Virus record (IMG/VR): IMGVR_UViG_3300030059_003705
Location: 1 to 37,417 of that record
DNA length: 37,417 bases
Direction: 5' to 3' (one strand)
Source: a virus
Lineage: Duplodnaviria; Caudoviricetes
Part shown: piece by piece, positions 34,101 through 37,417 of the stretch
Position numbering within the stretch: the stretch's first letter is position 1
How the letters are laid out: each line of letters starts with the position of its first letter
Notes under the pieces: model-generated
The model's input: the letters and a program-made list of their open reading frames with translations, nothing else
Databases searched by the model: none
What the model was told of the DNA's origin: nothing
Position numbers and translations under genes: made by a program

Positions 34101-35987
34101 GTTGGTGATGACTTAACAGCGCTTATTCAAACAGAAGAAGAAGCACGCATTGAAGAAGATGAAGCATTGGCATTACAAATTACATCAGTTCAATCACAGT
34201 TTTACGATAGCTTAGCATCAGTCAATACAAGCATGAATGCTAAAGTTCAAATCGTTGATAATAAAGTGACTGCCAATTCTAATGCTATTACTAACGCTCA
34301 AACTCAGTGGAATAATGCTTTAACAACTGCACAGAACCAATTAAACACCAAAATTACTAACACTAACGGTAATGTTCAAGCAAATGCTAGTGCTATTCAA
34401 AATGTTCAAGCAGATGTTGGTGCTGGCTTAAGTGCTGTACGTGTAGAAGCTATCGCCAATGCGGGCGGGTTAGTCACAAATGGAGACTTTAACACCGGAG
34501 ATTTTAGCGGGTGGCGTAGTGTCTGGAGTGGTATTAGCATCAGTCAACGCAATAGCAATGCAGGAACTAATGCAATAAGAACAGCACCATCCAAATATTT
34601 TATTACGTTTCCAAATAGCGACTTTGATGCTCATCGTTATTTGTTAGGTGAAGTGTTTCCCGCTAGCGGTGGTGAATCATATAGCTTTAAGTATGATTAC
34701 GCTGGTGGCGGTAATTCCATCAATATCGATATACAGCTTTATGTTGGATGGGTTACTGAAGATGCTGGTACTGTTTATGAACGTATTCATCAGACTACTG
34801 TTAATAGCACAGCTTGGAAAAGCAGCGGCGTTATTCAAGCTACTGCACCCCCTGGCACTGTTTCTGCTTTCTTATATCCTCGCCGGTTATCGAACAGTTC
34901 TGGGTATGGTAATTTATTTTTGACAAATATAATTGCTACTAGAACTGACATTGTAGCGGGATCGCAATGGACGGCACAAGTTCAAACGAATGGTCTAGTA
35001 GGTGGTTTTGGTGTTTATAATGACGGGAATACTGTTGACGCTGGTTTTAGTGTTGATAAATTTTTCATCGGTCGTGATTTAAACAACAAGGTAGCACCTT
35101 TCATTGTCAATAATAATAAAGTCATTATTGATGATGCAATTATTGATAAGCTTTTGTTCACTAAATTGCGTTCAAGTGACGGTAGTCTCGTCTTTAGCGG
35201 CGGTAAGTTAACTGCTAATTACATTAATGTTCATAATCTAGTAGTAAATCAGGGAGAATCGTCAAACTATATCCCCGGCGTGAGGGGCTGGAAATTAGGT
35301 ACAACGGGCGGCGAAATTAATTTCCCCATAAGTTTTAATTCAATAAACGGTGCGGGTGCGTTAGCCGGGAAAGATGCGATAGCTTACGAAGATTTAGATG
35401 GTTCTACAGCACCGTTAGTTTTAGAACGTGCTAATAATGCAGACTTGCGAGTAAACGACTGGAAACGTCCGAATTCTACATTAATTTACGGTAATAAAAT
35501 TTATACTGGCGATGCATACGTTGATACTTTGCAAATTAAAGGAAATGCTGTCGTAGTGCCTGTTGCAGTTGTTACTAACAGTGCTATCGGTACACCCACG
35601 GGGGGTAATTGGAAAACTGTACAACAGTTATTGTTACCATCAATCGACAGCAATGGTAAGTTTTATGTGACTTTCGGTTTTGTCTTTAAACATCAGTTTG
35701 CGTTCGGAACTACACCCCCCGGCACTATTAGTGTGCAAGTTCGTCTTCAATCAACTACTTCTACGCTGTATGCGCCGACATATTTTGATATCGATACTAC
35801 AGAATCTTTCAGCACTTCATTTAGCAGTAAACGCGACGCGTGCGGTTCATTTTCAACATCGATTCAACTACCAGCATCAATGTCTAATAGATCAGTGTTT
35901 TTACAAATTAAAAGAATTGCTGGAGATCAATTCGGCGGGCATTCTGTTAATAGTCGTTATATAAACGCGATAGGCGTTCAACGTTAA
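31185..35987 (+). CDS. Tail tip / host-specificity protein J (1600 aa)
   Basis: GAGGGGKGGG, DLIGEGEI.GL, AWTNNPAWIFYDL, AFGCTSRGQARRLG, FN3-like repeats, coiled coil, DUF1983-like PFIVNNNKVIIDDAII. Confidence 0.95.
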   Translation: MNVNNNNNVEIKGAGGGGKGGGGSARIAQEDPNNLQSNAVARIIDLIGEGEIYGLVDGLKSVYIDNTPLQNEDNTFNFSGVEIEERVGLTVQSHVGGFDGIEATTDVSTEITTVDPVIRTITNLSIDAVRLTLQLPSLSKQNAENGDLNENEVSIAIDVREQGGNWSQVKQDTISGKTTSPYQRSYRIDLNGVGPWDVRFRRITDDSDSSIINDKTYFASYTTIIDSKLTYPDTAYIAFKVDAKQFGNSIPERVYLVRGLIVNVPDNYNPETRQYTGLWGGNFKRAWTNNPAWIFYDLATNKRYGAGLDNVDKWSLYQIGRYCDEFVDDGYGSTEPRFTINTVLNTRDDVYNVLNSLSSAFMGMTYYGAGTITAVQDAPKNSSRVLTDANVIGGEFKRSDSDIRTRHTRCAVSWNDPSNNFKLTTELVEDSAALQKYGIQTKEITAFGCTSRGQARRLGLWTLYTEQLETETVEFSVGVADADVRPGDVISINDSSHVGYRLGGRLKSNNTANKLYLDKSPENFTGDNKTISIQMPDGSLVHKPISSISDNVVTLSSSLNEAPLDNAAFALSSSNVALQEFRVLAVTDNNDNTFTISCLEHNKNKYARVEQGLIIPDSPTTLLPSGRLSPPLNINVRTYKYLEGGTEHQGALVGWTPSDDPRTKSYIAEILRPNATTFETIANTSKTSVDVQRITNGEYTFRVAAVDSIGNRSAWTTRTTTLDSLLLPVMPDDVQVERGNFNITLIPISNTHPGQLYEFYRSNIALTTELILSNAVNLGRSTTLADNNLERDTTYFYYIRGWNAYGVSDFYPIQVTTDNNISEYIDMLTGEIRESHLYKTLNEEIEKISGPESLVGSVNYKVAEEAQDRAQAILAASDNLSAAISNEATIRETEDTALAEQQVVIISQIDDATSSIVNLEQTVVDNNSAQTTRTNALQSTVNSNHAFAVNKTNAIVTDVDALTTRVDTLSASVGDDLTALIQTEEEARIEEDEALALQITSVQSQFYDSLASVNTSMNAKVQIVDNKVTANSNAITNAQTQWNNALTTAQNQLNTKITNTNGNVQANASAIQNVQADVGAGLSAVRVEAIANAGGLVTNGDFNTGDFSGWRSVWSGISISQRNSNAGTNAIRTAPSKYFITFPNSDFDAHRYLLGEVFPASGGESYSFKYDYAGGGNSINIDIQLYVGWVTEDAGTVYERIHQTTVNSTAWKSSGVIQATAPPGTVSAFLYPRRLSNSSGYGNLFLTNIIATRTDIVAGSQWTAQVQTNGLVGGFGVYNDGNTVDAGFSVDKFFIGRDLNNKVAPFIVNNNKVIIDDAIIDKLLFTKLRSSDGSLVFSGGKLTANYINVHNLVVNQGESSNYIPGVRGWKLGTTGGEINFPISFNSINGAGALAGKDAIAYEDLDGSTAPLVLERANNADLRVNDWKRPNSTLIYGNKIYTGDAYVDTLQIKGNAVVVPVAVVTNSAIGTPTGGNWKTVQQLLLPSIDSNGKFYVTFGFVFKHQFAFGTTPPGTISVQVRLQSTTSTLYAPTYFDIDTTESFSTSFSSKRDACGSFSTSIQLPASMSNRSVFLQIKRIAGDQFGGHSVNSRYINAIGVQR

Positions 35988-36012
35988 ATATAATAAAGGA
36001 AATAATTAAATA

Positions 36013-36396
36013 ATGAATTATACATATGCGGTTGTTCAAGATAAAGAAATTATGCAAATAATGAGTACACCATTTTTGTACGTTGAATGCGCTGATGATG
36101 TGAATGATATCACGCATTTCTATAATACTGATACTGCTAGTATCGAGCTAAAGTATGAACTTCAATACACGCTAACAACTGATGGTTTAGAAGTTACAAT
36201 ATCTGGATTACCGGAAAATTTAAATGTGAATACTAATAACATGCACACGATGACTGATAGTGAAGATTTAGTAATTGAATATGATATTCCTGGCATTTAC
36301 ACAATAGAGCTAAGCGGGCGTCCAGAATATTTGCTTACGACTATTGATGTTGTAGTCACTGAACCAGAACCAGCGGCAGGCGAGGGCGGCGAATAA
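36013..36396 (+). CDS. Tail-associated hypothetical protein (127 aa, acidic)
   Basis: AAGGA SD; directly follows J. Confidence 0.7.
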   Translation: MNYTYAVVQDKEIMQIMSTPFLYVECADDVNDITHFYNTDTASIELKYELQYTLTTDGLEVTISGLPENLNVNTNNMHTMTDSEDLVIEYDIPGIYTIELSGRPEYLLTTIDVVVTEPEPAAGEGGE

Positions 36397-36764
36397 TGGC
36401 ACGTCTGAATGCACACACTTATCAAGATCGCGCTGATGCTGAACAGCGCTATCTTTCATTGATTGATGATGTAGCAGCGAAAGCACGCAAAATTGATGCT
36501 ACGCAAGCTGACTTATACCGCCAGAAATTGATAGAAGCGCGTGAAGGCGGTGGGGCACTGCTACAAGCGGAAGCTGATGTACTTGATATAGACATTGCGA
36601 CACTGTGCGAAAACGTCTTAGCGAGGCATACTGAACGCTGTGCGCACACTCACGAAATCGAGATCGAACGTATCAGAGCGAAAGCTGATGTACGTGCAGC
36701 ACAAAATGCATCAGCAATGAATTCGATTTTTGAAAATTTCAAAGCATCTATCGCTGTGTCATGA
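36396..36764 (+). CDS. Tail-associated hypothetical protein, possible fibre assembly chaperone (122 aa)
   Basis: TAATG coupling; IDDVAAKAR...Y.QK..EA...LLQAEA...IEIERIRAK pattern seen in genes after tail fibres. Confidence 0.6.
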   Translation: MARLNAHTYQDRADAEQRYLSLIDDVAAKARKIDATQADLYRQKLIEAREGGGALLQAEADVLDIDIATLCENVLARHTERCAHTHEIEIERIRAKADVRAAQNASAMNSIFENFKASIAVS

Positions 36765-36800
36765 TGTGAGCATAGCTCCAGAATTATCATACACCATCAC

Positions 36801-36827
36801 GAAAATACCCATCACTGGGGCATTTTC
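36801..36827 (+). terminator. Terminator at the end of the tail operon (degenerate hairpin-family member)
   Basis: GAAAATACCC-ATCACTG-GGGCATTTTC. Confidence 0.6.
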
Positions 36828-36852
36828 TATCGTTATCAAAGCTTTTTTAAAA

Positions 36853-36945
36853 ATGGGGTACGGTATGGGAAATAAATTTTTGAAAATGGTTTAAAAGCCT
36901 TTAAGTTCAAGAGGTTGCGAGTATGGCCTTAATTTACGACCAAGA
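36853..36945. other. Probable attR junction (arm-type repeats plus core near the peroxidase start)
   Basis: Tandem ATGGGGTAC/ATGGGAAAT (36853-36873) resembling ATGGGAACT at the integrase start; composition change within the first gpx codons; attL is outside the window so the core cannot be confirmed. Confidence 0.5.
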
Positions 36946-37417
36946 CTGCTATACCCACCAAGGGCTGCCGTTCAATTTACGTGCGCTACGCGGCCAAGTG
37001 CTGCTGGTGGTTAACGTTGCCAGCCAGTGTGGTTTTACCCCGCAGCTAAGCGAACTTGAAACCCTTTTTCAGCGCTACCGGGATCGTGGCTTCACTGTGC
37101 TCGGTTTCCCGTGTAATCAGTTTGGCCGCCAGTCGCCGGAAAGTGCTCAAGCGTTTTGCCAGTTTGGCGAGCAGCAGTTTGGAGTCAGCTTTCCGCTACT
37201 GGAAAAGGTTAATGTCAATGGTAGTGATGCCCATCCACTGTTTGTGCTGCTCAAGCGCGAGGCGCCTGGAGTCCTAGGCACACAGCTGATTAAATGGAAT
37301 TTTACCAAGTTCCTGGTGGGCCGTGATGGCAAGGTGATTGCCCGCTTTGGGCCGCGCGACCACGGGCGTCCATTGCGTCTGGCGTTGGAAGAAGCCTTGG
37401 ATCAAACTTACCCATAG
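36923..37417 (+). CDS. btuE: Glutathione peroxidase (BtuE/Gpx family), host gene
   Basis: VVNVASQCGFTPQ, VLGFPCNQFG, IKWNFTKFLV signatures; GC-rich codon usage. Confidence 0.93.
   Translation: MALIYDQDCYTHQGLPFNLRALRGQVLLVVNVASQCGFTPQLSELETLFQRYRDRGFTVLGFPCNQFGRQSPESAQAFCQFGEQQFGVSFPLLEKVNVNGSDAHPLFVLLKREAPGVLGTQLIKWNFTKFLVGRDGKVIARFGPRDHGRPLRLALEEALDQTYP

Larger units (their letters stand above)
1..36930 (+). mobile_element. Integrated temperate siphovirus-like prophage (HK97-type head, lambda-type tail); attL lies just left of the window
   Basis: Integrase at the left end, complete packaging/head/tail gene set, AT-rich composition switching abruptly to GC-rich host sequence within the first codons of the peroxidase gene. 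Confidence 0.93.

Noticed and set aside
31185-36764. Diversity-generating retroelement or invertible tail cassette
   Set aside because: No reverse transcriptase or invertase gene, and I saw no template/variable repeat pair
1-36930. Classification as a PICI or P4-like satellite because of the integrase and AlpA
   Set aside because: It encodes a full head, tail and lysis set and has no P4-type primase; dependence on a helper, if any, would be regulatory and remains a hypothesis
309-37332. Numerous 60-110-aa ORFs nested in or antisense to long genes
   Set aside because: Shadow frames of well-supported CDSs with no RBS or motif support

Overview
Positions 1 to ~36.9 kb are an apparently complete, strongly AT-rich integrated siphovirus-type prophage. 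It runs from a P4-family tyrosine integrase to a probable attR at the start of a much more GC-rich host glutathione peroxidase gene. The MvaT-type silencer points to a Pseudomonas/Halomonas-like gammaproteobacterial host (inference). Order: integrase, AlpA-like excisionase, RuvC-like resolvase, MvaT/H-NS, an accessory block (DUF2971-like, membrane protein, HEPN), HNH nuclease, RHH-like protein, SF2 helicase-like replication protein, a 1.7-kb repeat-rich non-coding region, lysis genes, HNH/cos/terminase, protease-capsid fusion, portal, connectors and a lambda-type tail (tube, G/GT frameshift, TMP, M, L, K, I, J). Most unusual points: (1) no recognisable cI/Cro, N/Q, sigma factor, primase or recombinase, yet virion, lysis and replication genes are split by a family of GCCCC-N5-8-GGGGC hairpins and preceded by an NATAAATA box like T4-type late promoters, which suggests activation in trans or by a novel activator; (2) a structured putative origin with three ~120-150-bp elements on both strands resembling ColE1/pBR322 primosome-assembly sites; (3) (AAY)n leaders at most translation starts; (4) five candidate anti-phage cargo genes. 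All family calls are from motif reading, not database searches.
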